Source of the DNA: an uncultured Bdellovibrionales bacterium
GTDB taxonomy: Bacteria > Patescibacteriota > Minisyncoccia > Moranbacterales > UBA1568
Assembly: GCA_964612055.1 (NCBI GenBank)
Contig: CAZTBI010000001.1
Span: 5,688-69,687, forward strand
Direction: 5' to 3'
Length of the DNA: 64,000 nt
In this document: piece by piece, positions 36,961 through 48,584 of the stretch
How positions within the stretch are numbered: position 1 is the first letter of the stretch
Layout: every line of letters starts with the position of its first letter
The notes under the pieces: model-generated
What the model saw: the letters and a program-made list of their open reading frames with translations, nothing else
Told to the model about the DNA's origin: nothing
The model's database searches: none
Position numbers and translations under genes: made by a program

Positions 36961-37365
36961 ATGACTACGGGTTATTCGGGCACACCGCTGAAACAAAAAC
37001 TGGGTATGAAGGAGGGGATGAAAATCGCCCTGGTTCATCAACCGAAGAATTACGCGGCTTTACTCGATGGGCTACCGGAGGGTGTGCGACCGGGTCGTAA
37101 AGATATTGATTTTGTTCATATCTTTTCAAAAGACGAGCGCAGTCTCAGGCAGGATATCGAGCGGTACAAGGATCTCATCCGCAAAAATGGCATCATCTGG
37201 ATTTCTTGGCCAAAAAAATCTGCCAAAGTCGAAACGGATATTACGGAACAGACTATCCGAGACATCGCTCTGCCTCTAGGGCTGGTTGATATCAAAGTAT
37301 GCGCTGTTGATGAGATATGGTCTGGTTTGAAGCTTATGTGGCGAAAAGAATTGAGAGGGCTATGA
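36961..37365 (+). CDS. DUF3052 family protein
   Basis: GYSGTPL.QKLG, WISWPKK, GLVDIKVCAVD..WSGLK. Confidence 0.88.
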   Translation: MTTGYSGTPLKQKLGMKEGMKIALVHQPKNYAALLDGLPEGVRPGRKDIDFVHIFSKDERSLRQDIERYKDLIRKNGIIWISWPKKSAKVETDITEQTIRDIALPLGLVDIKVCAVDEIWSGLKLMWRKELRGL

Positions 37366-37374
37366 TGAGCATCT

Positions 37375-38484
37375 TTAATCAAAAGAAAAGAAGCGTTTGA
37401 TTTTTGCAAACACTGCCCCAATACTTTCTTTTACATGATCAGTCTTGCTTTTGACGTCGTTGCTAGATCCTGTTTCCGTGTCTGAAACTCTTTTTTTATT
37501 ATCAGCACTTGCAGTATCTTTCTTTGGATTACTCGTAGTGAGTTCGGTCATATTTCGACTTTCCTGGCACTCAGGAGCCAGAGTTTCTCTGCAGGAGAGG
37601 GATAAATCAATAAAGCGTGTGACGTGGTCGAAAACAGTGAGCCCGGTCTCCTTCACCTTCCAGTTGTATACTCCATCACCAGCGAGGCCGTGACCAGAAC
37701 CAATAGCCGTTATTCTCTGGTAAGGGATATTGACGGCGGTTGCTTGGCTTACCAATCGATCCGACATTTCATAGGGTACGGTGGTGTCAGTTGTTCCATG
37801 AATGATGAGAACGTTGGCATCACCACGACTCATGTGCTGCTTGTTCCCTGGTATACCACCCGATATTTCAATGATACCGATCGGGTTTTCCTTTTTGTTG
37901 AAGACATAGTCAGCAAGATAGGCCATGTTGATAGCCGTGAAAGCACCAGCTGAACCGCCCTGGATAAACCAGCGGGTGTCAATTTTCCCTGCAAACTGTT
38001 TCTGTACAAATTCCTTGGCTTTGATGGTATCTTCCAGAGCGACCAGTGCGCCATACGTCTGTTCCGGTCTCCCGCCTTCCTCTGTGAATTCGGTGACGAA
38101 TGCCTGTGCTGCATCTTCGCTCAATGACTCGATTACGGGTTTTTTGTTTTTCTCTACAAGTCGATAATCTATAGCAAAGACAGCGTAACCTGCCTCTGCA
38201 AAGCGAATCTTGTTTTCCACGCCGGACGATCTGCTTCCATGAAGAAAGCCTCCTCCGTGAATCTGACCTATAGGAATAGGGAGCTTATCGGAGCCGTTTT
38301 TACAGTTTGTTGGTAAGTAGGCGTCTAAGTACAAAGGTACTGTTGTAGTATTGTTTCCCTCTTGAATAACCCCATCACCATACTTGATGTCTTTTGTAAT
38401 GGTGTAAGAGCATTCGTCGCTCGCATGAGCGGCTCTCAAGGGAAGGAGTGCTGCGATAATAAGAAGAAAAAAGACCTTTTTCAT
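37375..38484 (-). CDS. Secreted alpha/beta hydrolase (esterase/lipase)
   Basis: Signal peptide (AHA); HGGGF, GGSAG, IHGTTD, GH. Confidence 0.88.
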   Translation of the reverse strand: MKKVFFLLIIAALLPLRAAHASDECSYTITKDIKYGDGVIQEGNNTTTVPLYLDAYLPTNCKNGSDKLPIPIGQIHGGGFLHGSRSSGVENKIRFAEAGYAVFAIDYRLVEKNKKPVIESLSEDAAQAFVTEFTEEGGRPEQTYGALVALEDTIKAKEFVQKQFAGKIDTRWFIQGGSAGAFTAINMAYLADYVFNKKENPIGIIEISGGIPGNKQHMSRGDANVLIIHGTTDTTVPYEMSDRLVSQATAVNIPYQRITAIGSGHGLAGDGVYNWKVKETGLTVFDHVTRFIDLSLSCRETLAPECQESRNMTELTTSNPKKDTASADNKKRVSDTETGSSNDVKSKTDHVKESIGAVFAKIKRFFSFD

Positions 38485-38543
38485 ACACAAATTATATAAA
38501 ATTTAGTTCTCCTATAGAAAACGACGGAGATCGGTTTTTGTGA

Positions 38544-39293
38544 CTAGCGGGCCAAAACAATGCCAAAAACAGCCTTGGCACCATGTCTCTTAAGAAGGGT
38601 AGCACACTCTTCGAGGGTCGTGCCAGTGGTGGCGACGTCATCGATGAGCCACAGGTATTTTCCTCGAATGAGGGCTTCTTTTCCTGCTGCGAGAGCAAAG
38701 GCGCCTTTCAGATTCATCAGACGTTCTTCACGAGAGGTTGTTTTCATTTGTGGCTTGGTGTAACGAATGCGTAGGAGAATATCATTGGAGAGCGGAATTT
38801 CTAGACCCGGCGTCAGACCTAAGGAGAGTTCTCGAGCGATCAGTTCAGATTGGTTGAAACCACGGAAACGTAAGCGTTTTTTATGGAGCGGAACAGGAAT
38901 GAGCAAGTCGGGGAGTCGCAGAGGACTTTTCTCCAGAGCGTTCTTCAGGATATTTCCGAATGGAACCGAGAGGTGAGGGATAAAACGGTACTTGTACGTG
39001 TGGAGGGCATGCGCAAAGAGCGGTTCCTTGTAGTAGGAAGCGACGAAGATGCCATCGAGCGCTGGTTTCCTTTTGTCACGACAAGCAAAACAAACCTCTC
39101 CAGTGGGAGTGATATGCCGGAGGCAGACAGGACAGTACTGCTCGGTTCGAAGCATGATTCGGTGTTCGCAGACGCTACATATCCAGGCGCCTTTGGTACG
39201 GCAACCCAAGCAACGGAGCGGAAAGAGGGTATCGAGAATCTGTTTCTCGACCCCTTGGAGAAAAGAGGAAAATGTTTCGTGATTTAGGCGCAC
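38544..39293 (-). CDS. comF: ComF family competence protein
   Basis: Double Zn ribbon; PVPLH...RGFNQS; IDDVATTGTT. Confidence 0.92.
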   Translation of the reverse strand: MRLNHETFSSFLQGVEKQILDTLFPLRCLGCRTKGAWICSVCEHRIMLRTEQYCPVCLRHITPTGEVCFACRDKRKPALDGIFVASYYKEPLFAHALHTYKYRFIPHLSVPFGNILKNALEKSPLRLPDLLIPVPLHKKRLRFRGFNQSELIARELSLGLTPGLEIPLSNDILLRIRYTKPQMKTTSREERLMNLKGAFALAAGKEALIRGKYLWLIDDVATTGTTLEECATLLKRHGAKAVFGIVLAR

Positions 39294-41764
39294 AAAACGG
39301 TATCACCTTTGAGAGAGAGACGGAGAGACTTCTTTTTCGGGAGAGTGAGGAGCTTCTTGGCGATTGGTTTTTCGACAAGGTCCTGAACATTTTTTCGTAC
39401 CAAGCGAGCGCCTTGTTCTGGGGCAAAGCTTTTCTTTCCGATGAAGGAGGGGATATTTTTTCCGTAAGTGAGGGCGATACCTTTCTCTTTGAGTCTTTTC
39501 TTCAAAGTATCGAGTTCGAGGGTGGCAATATGCTCGATAGCTGTGGCAGAGAGAGGATTGAAGACGATCACTTGGTCGAGTCGAGCCAGGAGTTCTGGGC
39601 GGATTTCTTTCTTCAATTCTCCCAAGACTTCACGTTTGATATTTTCAAATTGTTCGCTCATATTTTTCTTCCCCAGTTCTTTCTCGAAGCCGATGCGGGC
39701 TTCTCTGGTGAAAGCGGCGGTACCGATGTTTGAGGTGAGAATGATAAGCGTGTTTTTGAAGCTGACACTGCGCCCTTCGGCGTCAGTCAGCGTGCCTTCA
39801 TCCAAGATTTGTAGGAGAATATTCCAGACATCGGGGTGTGCTTTCTCAATTTCATCAAAGAGAACGACGCTATAGGGTTTGCGGCGGATGATTTCGGTCA
39901 ACTTGCCACCTTCACCATGGCCGACATAGCCTGCTGGAGCGCCCAAGATCTGGGCGACACTGTGGCGCTCCATGAATTCACTCATATCGAGACGAACGAG
40001 TGCTTGTTTACTTCCGAAAAACTCTTCGGCCAGCAGTTTCCCGATGAAGGTCTTGCCGACGCCGGTCGGTCCGAGGAAGAGGAAAGAGCCTAAGGGGCGA
40101 TCAGGGTCCCCGATATTACTGACCGAGCGGATCAGCGTCTCTTCGAGTGCGGTAGCGGCCTCTTGTTGTCCGACTAAGCGCTTTTCGAAGGCTTCATGGA
40201 GTCGGGTTAGTTTTTCCCCTGGATTTTCTGCCGAGAGTTTCTCAAAAGGAATGCCCGTCATGTGGGAAATGGTGCGGTAGATATGCTCCTCAGTCACTAC
40301 CTTGGTATCGAGGAGTGATTCTTCGTGATGCTTCTTTTTCAGCTGGGCGATCTTTTTCTCAAGCTCCTTTTCTCGAGCGTACCATTTGGCGGCATCATCG
40401 TAATTCTCGTGCTTCGTCAAGGATTCTTTCAGTGAGACACTCGCGCGGAGCTCTTCTTCGAGTTGGAAGAGAGCGGTAGCAAAGGGTGACTTATTTTTGC
40501 CTTGTTTCGCCAGAGCCGAGGCTTCATCGATGATATCAAAGGCTTTGTCAGGAAAGAAGCGGTCAGGAATGTGACGGAGAGAAAGGTCAACAGCGAGATC
40601 GATGATGGTGCCTGAGAGCGTGACATTGTGGAAGGTTTCGTAGCTTGCTTTGACCTGAGAGAGAATATGCTTGGTTTCTTCGAGGGTTGGTTCGGCAACG
40701 AGGAGCGACTGGAAACGTCGATCAAGGGCCGGATCCTTCTCTATGTGGCGTTTGTACTCGGAAAGGGTGGTGGCACCAATACACTGGATATCGCCACGGG
40801 AGAGGGCTGGTTTCAGGATATTGGCTGCATCCAGACCGCCGCTCGTGTTGCCTGCGCCGACGATCGTGTGAATTTCATCAATAAAGAGGATGACATCGGT
40901 ATTTTGTGTGGCTTCTTTGATGATTTCCTTCAGGCGAGCTTCGAATTCGCCACGGAAATTGGTGCCAGCAACAACCAGAGTAAGATCAAGTGACAAAATG
41001 CGCTTCCCAAAAAGGGTATGTGGGACATCGCCACGGGAAATTTTCTTGGCCAGCGCCGCTACCAGGGCCGTCTTGCCGACACCAGGCTCACCAATCAAAA
41101 GCGGATTGTTCTTATTTTTTCTGGTCAGTATTTGTACCATGCGGTCGAGCTCGGCCTTGCGTCCGACAAGAACATTTTCTTTGACAGAAGCATCTTTTCC
41201 CATATCGAGGGTAAATTGATCGAGCGAAGGCGTCGCTTTGCCGCCTTTTTTAGGATTTTCTTCAGTCAGGATATCTGGTGCGTCGAACATTTTGGAAAGT
41301 TGTGGAAAATGATCAAAGTTGAGGTGAGCTTCGATAACAGACTGAATCTTCTTTTCTTTGATTTTGAGTGCCAAGAGAATGTCATCGAGTCGATCACTCC
41401 TCATTTCGAGGAGGGCATAGACGAGATGTTCGGTGCCGACGTAAGGATAGTGGAATTCACTGGCGAGGGAGTAGGCGCGGCGTAAACTGTCCTTCAAAAG
41501 GGGTGAGAGGGGAAGAGGGTGAGTTTTTGGGAGAATCTTGCCGCCGACTTTTTTCTTGAGACACGATTTGGCGAGGGTTTCTTTTTCAAAACCAATATTT
41601 TCGAGCAAAATACTCCCGAGACTGCCATTTTCGAGGAAAATAGCGAGGAGCAAGTGCTCAGGCTCGATGGTAGTGTGCCGAGTATAGTGAGCAATTTCAC
41701 GAGCCTCTTTCAGGCTATGACGGGCGTGGAGGGTCAATTTCTGGCTAAAAGTAGTTTCGAGCAT
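39284..41764 (-). CDS. clpC: ATP-dependent Clp protease ATP-binding subunit (ClpC-like)
   Basis: Clp N repeats; GEPGVGKT; GPTGVGKT; DMSEFME; FDEIEKAH. Confidence 0.9.
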   Translation of the reverse strand: MLETTFSQKLTLHARHSLKEAREIAHYTRHTTIEPEHLLLAIFLENGSLGSILLENIGFEKETLAKSCLKKKVGGKILPKTHPLPLSPLLKDSLRRAYSLASEFHYPYVGTEHLVYALLEMRSDRLDDILLALKIKEKKIQSVIEAHLNFDHFPQLSKMFDAPDILTEENPKKGGKATPSLDQFTLDMGKDASVKENVLVGRKAELDRMVQILTRKNKNNPLLIGEPGVGKTALVAALAKKISRGDVPHTLFGKRILSLDLTLVVAGTNFRGEFEARLKEIIKEATQNTDVILFIDEIHTIVGAGNTSGGLDAANILKPALSRGDIQCIGATTLSEYKRHIEKDPALDRRFQSLLVAEPTLEETKHILSQVKASYETFHNVTLSGTIIDLAVDLSLRHIPDRFFPDKAFDIIDEASALAKQGKNKSPFATALFQLEEELRASVSLKESLTKHENYDDAAKWYAREKELEKKIAQLKKKHHEESLLDTKVVTEEHIYRTISHMTGIPFEKLSAENPGEKLTRLHEAFEKRLVGQQEAATALEETLIRSVSNIGDPDRPLGSFLFLGPTGVGKTFIGKLLAEEFFGSKQALVRLDMSEFMERHSVAQILGAPAGYVGHGEGGKLTEIIRRKPYSVVLFDEIEKAHPDVWNILLQILDEGTLTDAEGRSVSFKNTLIILTSNIGTAAFTREARIGFEKELGKKNMSEQFENIKREVLGELKKEIRPELLARLDQVIVFNPLSATAIEHIATLELDTLKKRLKEKGIALTYGKNIPSFIGKKSFAPEQGARLVRKNVQDLVEKPIAKKLLTLPKKKSLRLSLKGDTVLCA

Positions 41765-41927
41765 ACAGGATTTCAGGTGGGTAATCTATGCTTCATTCTA
41801 TGGTTTTTTTCTATGTACTGTCAATCATGCTTTTCCGTGTATATTGATGCCGTATTTTTTTGAAAAAATGGCGAAGGCATGCTATACTTCGTAGGAAGAA
41901 AGATAAACAAAATACAAACACACAAGA

Positions 41928-43046
41928 ATGTTTCTTGGTCTACGAAAACCTTATTTTCTGGGCGTTGATTTCGGTACTGCTTCGATCAAAGTTGTTGAGT
42001 TGACCCTTGAGAATGGAAAACCGAAGCTTACGAACTACGGTCAGGCTGATTTGATGAAGCTGGAAAAGGATCGCACCCCAGGCGTTGGTCTCGGTGGTGA
42101 TGATTCGGTAGTCTATCTGCGGGCGCTTCTCGAGCAGTTACATCCAAAGAGCCAGTCAGCCTACGTTGCTATGCCGGCTTTTATTGGTCTGGTCTCTCTG
42201 ATCGAGCTTCCGGAGATGGATGAGTCTGATCTCGGTGATGCTATCAAGTTTGAAGCCCACAAATATATCCCGTCTCCGCTCGAAGAGGTGGCACTGAGCT
42301 ATGAAGTGGTAGGGATACGTCAAGGGGAAGATGGTTCACAGAAGATGGAGGTGCTTTTGGTTGCAGCGCTCAACAAGGAAGTGGATCGTTACAAACAATG
42401 TATCACTGATGCTCATCTCAAGTTGGAATTTTTGGAACTGGAAACTTTTTCTCTAGCGCGATCCCTGGTTCAGAAACAAGAAGGCTTGTATTTGATAGCT
42501 GATATCGGTTCTCGGGCTACTAATCTCATTTTGGTTGATAACGGTTTGGTGAAAGTGAGTCGTAATCTCGATGCGGGCGGGAAGGACATTACTCGCACTC
42601 TTCATGAAAGTCTTAATATTGCTGTAGAGCGAGCGGAGACTTTGAAAAAGAGTGACAAGGACTTTCTTAATGTGCCTGAGTCAGCCATGGTGTTTCCGAC
42701 CTTGGAGATGGTAGCGAGTGAAGCACAGAGGATGCTCGATACTTACCTCGCGAAATATCCAGAAAAAGAGTGCCAGGAGATGATCCTTTCTGGCGGTACG
42801 GCTCATATGGCTGGTTTGGTGGAGTACTACAAGCGGGTGCTTGGCCTCTCGGTGCGTGTTGGTGACCCGTGGCAAGGAATACAGCACGATGCCAATCGAG
42901 CGGAGGATATCAAGCAACTCGGGACTTCATTTTCTGTGGCGATTGGTCTGGCACTCGCTGGCACCGAGGCTATCACCAAAAAAGAGAAGCCCATTACTTC
43001 GAAAAAGTCTTTTTCCCTGAAAGAGCTGCTCAATAAAAAACTTTAA
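41928..43046 (+). CDS. pilM: Type IV pilus assembly protein PilM
   Basis: GVDFGTASIKVVEL, DIGS, LSGG, VAIGLA. Confidence 0.92.
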   Translation: MFLGLRKPYFLGVDFGTASIKVVELTLENGKPKLTNYGQADLMKLEKDRTPGVGLGGDDSVVYLRALLEQLHPKSQSAYVAMPAFIGLVSLIELPEMDESDLGDAIKFEAHKYIPSPLEEVALSYEVVGIRQGEDGSQKMEVLLVAALNKEVDRYKQCITDAHLKLEFLELETFSLARSLVQKQEGLYLIADIGSRATNLILVDNGLVKVSRNLDAGGKDITRTLHESLNIAVERAETLKKSDKDFLNVPESAMVFPTLEMVASEAQRMLDTYLAKYPEKECQEMILSGGTAHMAGLVEYYKRVLGLSVRVGDPWQGIQHDANRAEDIKQLGTSFSVAIGLALAGTEAITKKEKPITSKKSFSLKELLNKKL

Positions 43047-43063
43047 CCCTTTAAAACAAAAAC

Positions 43064-43597
43064 ATGGCTGGTGTTAATCTCTCACAATCGATGACGGCTC
43101 CGGAGGGAAGATTGAAGAAAAGCGCTTCAATGTCCTTTGGTTTTCCTATCAGTATTGTCTTATTCGTGCTGACGCTCCTCGGTTGGGGAGGATTGCGTTG
43201 GTACATGTCGAGTCTCGATGGCAAGATCGCCCGTCTTGATGTCGAAATTGCTGCCAATAGCGCTGAGTTTCATAGTGAACGTGTGGAGCGAGTCGAAAAT
43301 TTCGATGACCGGCTTTCTCTCTTGAATGTTGACCCAGCGGAATCGATTGATCCGGAAAGTATTTTTCTTAAACTTGAAAGTGTCATGGTGCCTCAGGTGG
43401 TTTTGACGGAATATGAATACAATGGCGGGGAGAAACAAGTGACCGTGTCTGGAAAGACGGATAATTTCCGCTATGTTGCTGAGCAGATCATCAGTCTCAA
43501 GTCGGATCCGATGTTTTCTCAGGTTGTCGTGAGTGCTATTTCCCGGGACAAAGATGGGAAAATAACATTCACACTCGTCTCTCAATTTTTAAATTAA
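43064..43597 (+). CDS. pilN: PilN-like protein
   Basis: VNL motif, single TM, coiled coil; follows pilM. Confidence 0.75.
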   Translation: MAGVNLSQSMTAPEGRLKKSASMSFGFPISIVLFVLTLLGWGGLRWYMSSLDGKIARLDVEIAANSAEFHSERVERVENFDDRLSLLNVDPAESIDPESIFLKLESVMVPQVVLTEYEYNGGEKQVTVSGKTDNFRYVAEQIISLKSDPMFSQVVVSAISRDKDGKITFTLVSQFLN

Positions 43598-43613
43598 AAG
43601 AAGTTCTTTTCCT

Positions 43614-44357
43614 ATGAGCCTGAAAATTTTGATGATTCCATTTTCGATTCTCATGATACTGGTGCTCGGTATCGGTTTTATCAAGCCGGATTTTAGCTTG
43701 ATGCAGGAGAAAAAAGTTATCTATGCGACCAAATTGCAGCAGCAGCAGAATGCTCAGATGCTGCTCGATAACATCGGAGCCCTCACGAGTTCTGTGGAAA
43801 GTCAGAAAGAAGCGGAGAAGTTTTTGGAGGACTATGTGCCAAAGGATCTCGACCAAGACAGAGTGATTGATATGCTCAACTTTTTGGCTGGTCAATCTGG
43901 GGTCGTAGCGGATGGTATCGCGCTCGAAAAAGCGGAGAAGGAGGAGGTTGTTGACGAGTCAATGCTTCTCGATGAGGCGGGGGTGCCAATCGTTCCTCCG
44001 TACACGGTCAAGACCGGCACTTATTCGGCGAAAGTGACCGTCAGGGGGCATTATGAAAATATCAAGGAGTTTTTTGGTCGCGTGGCTCATATGAATCGAT
44101 TGCACAAAACGCGAGATTTCTCTATCAATACTTCAGAAAAGAGTGAAGAGACTGCTGATGCGAGTATCTTGGAGGGGAGTTTTCGGGCAGATTTTGACTA
44201 TCTCGCACCGCGGCCAGTAGAAAGCGCGCTTAATGTGCCGGTCTTCAGTCGTGGCACATTTGATACCAATCCTTTGGGCGTTGTCTCTCAATGGGTGACC
44301 AATACGGTGCCGCTGCTTGAAAAACCAGGTACCGGCCGAGCCAATCCTTTTCAGTGA
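43614..44357 (+). CDS. pilO: PilO-like protein
   Basis: Single TM; V.G.Y.NIK.F...V....R; GR.NPF C-terminus; position in operon. Confidence 0.7.
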   Translation: MSLKILMIPFSILMILVLGIGFIKPDFSLMQEKKVIYATKLQQQQNAQMLLDNIGALTSSVESQKEAEKFLEDYVPKDLDQDRVIDMLNFLAGQSGVVADGIALEKAEKEEVVDESMLLDEAGVPIVPPYTVKTGTYSAKVTVRGHYENIKEFFGRVAHMNRLHKTRDFSINTSEKSEETADASILEGSFRADFDYLAPRPVESALNVPVFSRGTFDTNPLGVVSQWVTNTVPLLEKPGTGRANPFQ

Positions 44358-44416
44358 GAGGGCACGTGATGGGTAGATGTTGATTCTCTCTATATCTTGT
44401 TTCTCTCTTGGGCAAT

Positions 44417-46072
44417 ATGGCAGACCAGAAAGTGACGGTAAAAAATACGAGTGATATTGAGGCTCAGGCCAAGGCTCTGGGGCTGCCGTTTTTGGAAGTG
44501 GTTCCCGAGAAAATCGACAAAACTATCCTGTCTATTATTCCTGAAGATGCTGCCAAGAAATATCACATGGCGGTCTTCCAAAGGGAGGGCGAGAGTTTGT
44601 CGGTAGCTATGGTGAATCCCCAGGACTTTGAGGCGCTGAACGTACTTCGTTTTCTGGCTGAAAAAGAGCGTTTGGATATTCAGGTGTTTCTGGTTTCCGA
44701 CAAAGTTTTTGACGAAATACTAAAAGCCTATGCTGGAACTGATCGGGCTTTGAATGAAGCTATTCTGTCCCTGAAAAAAGATGACCTGGTGATTTCCGAA
44801 AGAGAGAGTGAGGTGAAGAAGGCGTCTGAAGAAGCTGATGTCTTTCAGGATGCGCCGATAGCCAAATTGGTAGAAGTCGTTGTGAAGCACGCTCTCGATA
44901 CCCGGGCCAGCGATATCCATATTGAACCGATAGATGGTAATTACCGGGTGCGCTTTCGGGTCGATGGTTTGCTTCGTGCTGACCTGGTCTTTCCACGAGA
45001 TGTCGGACGGGCAGTTATTTCTCGTATCAAGATTCTTTCTAATCTGAAAATTGACGAAAATCGTAAACCACAGGACGGACGTTTCCGTTTTGAGACCAAG
45101 GATAGTTTCATTGACTTACGTGTTTCGAGCTTGCCGGTCATGGAGGGGGAAAAAGTCGTTATGCGTGTGCTCGAAAAAAATTCTGACGTCAGTGACTTAG
45201 AAAAACTCGGTCTCTGGGGACGGAATCGCTCGGTTCTCGAGAAAAAGATTCGCGAACCTTTTGGTATCATCTTGATTACCGGGCCGACGGGCTCTGGAAA
45301 GTCGACATCGCTCTACGCCTTTCTTCAGATTTTGAATAAAGAGGATCGAAATATCATTACCCTCGAAGACCCGGTAGAGTATTATATGGACGGTATCAAC
45401 CAGAGTCAGGTGCGTCCAGAGATTGGCTATACCTTTGCGGCGGGACTGCGCTCCGTCTTGCGTCAGGATCCAAACGTCATCATGGTGGGTGAAATCCGCG
45501 ATGGTGAGACGGCGGAACTAGCTATTCACGCGGCTCTTACGGGACACTTGGTACTCTCGACCCTTCACACCAATGACGCTATCGGAGCTATTCCTCGGCT
45601 GGTTGATATGGGCATTGAGCCGTTTCTTCTTTCTTCATCGCTTCAGGCCGTGGCGGCACAGCGTTTGGTGCGTCGTATCTGTGATGCTTGCAAAGAAGAC
45701 TTTTCGGTGACCGAAATACAGATGGGAAGAATCAAAACGCTTTTTCAGACCATTCCAAAAGTAGAGGTCGAGGCGTATGGGCTGGATGAGAATATGAAGC
45801 TCACCTTTTTCCATGGCAAGGGATGTGATAAGTGTGGCATGACCGGATATAAAGGGAGAATCGCTCTGTATGAAACGATCGAAATTGATGACGCCTTTCA
45901 CGACATCATCGCGGATCAGAAAGGAAATGAAGGGGCAGTTGGAAAAGCGGCGATAGCTCAGGGGATGCTGTTTATGAAACAGGATGGTTTACTCAAAGTA
46001 TTGAAAGGAATTACGACACTTTCCGAAGTAGAGCGTGTCACGGAAGGAAAGCTGCTTATCGATGAGGAGTAA
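44417..46072 (+). CDS. pilB: Type IV pilus assembly ATPase PilB/GspE
   Basis: ASDIHIEP, PQDGR, GPTGSGKST, LRQDP, TLHTN, tetracysteine motif. Confidence 0.94.
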   Translation: MADQKVTVKNTSDIEAQAKALGLPFLEVVPEKIDKTILSIIPEDAAKKYHMAVFQREGESLSVAMVNPQDFEALNVLRFLAEKERLDIQVFLVSDKVFDEILKAYAGTDRALNEAILSLKKDDLVISERESEVKKASEEADVFQDAPIAKLVEVVVKHALDTRASDIHIEPIDGNYRVRFRVDGLLRADLVFPRDVGRAVISRIKILSNLKIDENRKPQDGRFRFETKDSFIDLRVSSLPVMEGEKVVMRVLEKNSDVSDLEKLGLWGRNRSVLEKKIREPFGIILITGPTGSGKSTSLYAFLQILNKEDRNIITLEDPVEYYMDGINQSQVRPEIGYTFAAGLRSVLRQDPNVIMVGEIRDGETAELAIHAALTGHLVLSTLHTNDAIGAIPRLVDMGIEPFLLSSSLQAVAAQRLVRRICDACKEDFSVTEIQMGRIKTLFQTIPKVEVEAYGLDENMKLTFFHGKGCDKCGMTGYKGRIALYETIEIDDAFHDIIADQKGNEGAVGKAAIAQGMLFMKQDGLLKVLKGITTLSEVERVTEGKLLIDEE

Positions 46073-46162
46073 GAGGGTTTAATCAATAGAGGAAATCTGG
46101 TATTCTGAAGGAGATATCTTCCGAGCGTTCGAAATTCTTCGAACCTTTGGTTTAAAATAAAT

Positions 46163-47242
46163 ATGGAAACATTGCAAGTAGAGCAACGCCTGAAGAATCT
46201 GCTCCTCCTCGTGGGTCAGCAGGGGGCATCTGATCTTCACTTGGTAGTAGGGCGTTACCCGACGCTGCGTATCGATGGCAAGCTTCATCCGATTCTGCAA
46301 GAAAAGATTTTGACGCCGGCTGATACCAAGGCTTTGAGTGATGTTCTTCTGACCAATGAAAAGAAAGAAGAGCTTCTCGCGGTGGGACAAACAGACTTTT
46401 CGTATAATTTTGATGACAAGGCGCGTTTTCGTACGAACGTGTTTTTCCAAAAGGGCTACATCAGTGTCACTATGCGCTTTATCATGGATAAACTGCGCAA
46501 TTTGGAGGAGTTAAACGTCCCTAAGGCACTCTATGACTTTGCTGGGCATTCTCAGGGGCTAGTGCTCGTGACTGGGCCGGTGGGTCATGGGAAGTCGACG
46601 ACCTTGGCGGCTATCATCGACTATATCAATCACAACCAGGAGAAGCACATCGTTACTATCGAGGATCCGATCGAATTTGTGTACAATCAGGATCGCTGTA
46701 TCATCAATCAGCGTGAGATCGGTCGTGATGCCAAGACCTTTCCGGATGCTCTGCGCGCCATCTTTCGTGAAGACGTGAACGTGGTGCTTTTGGGAGAGCT
46801 TCGTGACCTCGAGACGATCAGTACCGCGATGACAGCTGCGGAAACAGGGCATCTCATTTTTGCTACTCTCCATACCAACGACAGTTCTCAGACCATCGAT
46901 CGTATCGTCGATGTTTTCCCAGCGTATCAGCAAAACCAGATTCGCTCTCAACTGGCGAGCGTGCTTCTCGGGGTTATCTCGCAGCGTCTTTTGCCGCAAA
47001 CGAGTGGTGGACGTGTGCCCGCGGTGGAAATCATGATCAAGAACCACGCTATTGAGAACCTTATTCGGGAGAACAAGGATCATCAGCTTGATTCCGTGAT
47101 TGAAACGAGTTTGAAAGAAGGGATGGTGTCTTTGGATCGATCCTTAGCTGACCTGGTGCTCCGTGGCCTGGTATCGGTCAATGATGCCTTTGTTTACGCC
47201 AAGAATCGTGATTATCTCCAGATGCTTCTTTCAAAAAAATAA
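46163..47242 (+). CDS. pilT: Type IV pilus retraction ATPase PilT
   Basis: ASDLHL, GPVGHGKST, EDPIE, AAETGH, AIENLIRE. Confidence 0.94.
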   Translation: METLQVEQRLKNLLLLVGQQGASDLHLVVGRYPTLRIDGKLHPILQEKILTPADTKALSDVLLTNEKKEELLAVGQTDFSYNFDDKARFRTNVFFQKGYISVTMRFIMDKLRNLEELNVPKALYDFAGHSQGLVLVTGPVGHGKSTTLAAIIDYINHNQEKHIVTIEDPIEFVYNQDRCIINQREIGRDAKTFPDALRAIFREDVNVVLLGELRDLETISTAMTAAETGHLIFATLHTNDSSQTIDRIVDVFPAYQQNQIRSQLASVLLGVISQRLLPQTSGGRVPAVEIMIKNHAIENLIRENKDHQLDSVIETSLKEGMVSLDRSLADLVLRGLVSVNDAFVYAKNRDYLQMLLSKK

Positions 47243-47275
47243 AGAGAATATTATCAAAAAGTGAGCTGAATACCT

Positions 47276-48484
47276 ATGAAGTTTGTTTTCAAGGCAAAAA
47301 ATAGTCAGGGCAAGGTACGCGAAGGCATGGTAGAGTCTCTCAATGCTGAGTCGGCCGCTACCATATTGGAACGCAACAACCTAGTGCCGATTTCGATAGT
47401 CGAAGAAAAGCAGGTGCCAACTATCGTGAAGCAAGTCCAAAAGCTGTGGGAGGGCGTAAAGCAGAAAGAGCTTATGGTGTTCTTTCAGCAGCTTTCGACG
47501 CTCATTGGGGCGCATGTACCCGTGGTTTCGGCCCTCCGCACTATTGAAGAGCAGGTAGCTAACCGCTATTTCAAGATCGTGATCAAGGAAATGGCCGATG
47601 ATGTCGAAGATGGGTTACAGTTCTCATCAGCGATCGAAAAACATGCAGACGTTTTTTCGCCACTCACTGTCAGTATGCTCCGCGCTGGGGAGGTCTCCGG
47701 AGAGCTTCAGCGGGCCATCGATGTGGTTTCTCAGAATATTGAGAAAAACTACCAGTTGAGTGCCAAGATCAAAGGTGCCTTGTACTACCCGATCTTCGTC
47801 ATCACGGTGGCTCTTATCATTGGTTTTTTGGTGGTGACCTTTATCTTGCCGAGAATTACTGTCATGATCAAGGACCTCCATGTTCCTATCCCATGGTATA
47901 CGGCAGTGCTCATTTGGGTGGGAGATTTCATGAGTGTCTATTGGTGGGCAGTACTCCTGGCGATTATCGCCATGGTAGGAGGAGTTCTGTATTATGCTCG
48001 GACTCCGGTGGGGAAGAGAGAGTGGGAGCAGCTTCTCCTCAAGATTCCGGTTGTTGGGGCACTCTCGCGCAATATCTATATCACGCGTTTTTCAGAAAAT
48101 CTTGCTGCTTTGCTTGATGGTGGCATTCCGGTAGTACGGGCTCTGACTATCGCCAGTGAAGTAGTGGGCAATAATGTCTACGAAAAAATTATTTTGAAGG
48201 CGGCTGATGAGGTGAAGTCAGGCGGTACTATGAGTACAGTCTTTCTTCGTTCCAATGAATTCCCCCCAATTGTTTCGCAGATGGTACGGATTGGTGAGGA
48301 AACAGGGTCGCTTGCTTCGGTACTGATGAGTGTTGCCAAGTTTTATAATCAGGAGGTAGAAACTATGACGCGAAGCTTGACCGCTTTGATCGAGCCAATT
48401 CTTATTGTCTTTCTGGGTATCGGTGTCGGTATACTGGTGGTTGGGGTACTGCTTCCAATTTACAATATCGCTTCGCAGTTGTAA
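47276..48484 (+). CDS. pilC: Type IV pilus platform protein PilC/GspF
   Basis: GEVSG, ALYYP, GEETG, IEPILI. Confidence 0.94.
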   Translation: MKFVFKAKNSQGKVREGMVESLNAESAATILERNNLVPISIVEEKQVPTIVKQVQKLWEGVKQKELMVFFQQLSTLIGAHVPVVSALRTIEEQVANRYFKIVIKEMADDVEDGLQFSSAIEKHADVFSPLTVSMLRAGEVSGELQRAIDVVSQNIEKNYQLSAKIKGALYYPIFVITVALIIGFLVVTFILPRITVMIKDLHVPIPWYTAVLIWVGDFMSVYWWAVLLAIIAMVGGVLYYARTPVGKREWEQLLLKIPVVGALSRNIYITRFSENLAALLDGGIPVVRALTIASEVVGNNVYEKIILKAADEVKSGGTMSTVFLRSNEFPPIVSQMVRIGEETGSLASVLMSVAKFYNQEVETMTRSLTALIEPILIVFLGIGVGILVVGVLLPIYNIASQL

Positions 48485-48584
48485 CTGTAACGGTTGTGGT
48501 CTGAAGGGGAAATATATGTTATACTAAAAAAAGAAAAGAAGAGTAAAAATAAAAATTAAAAACAAAAAAGAAGGAGGTGAGCAT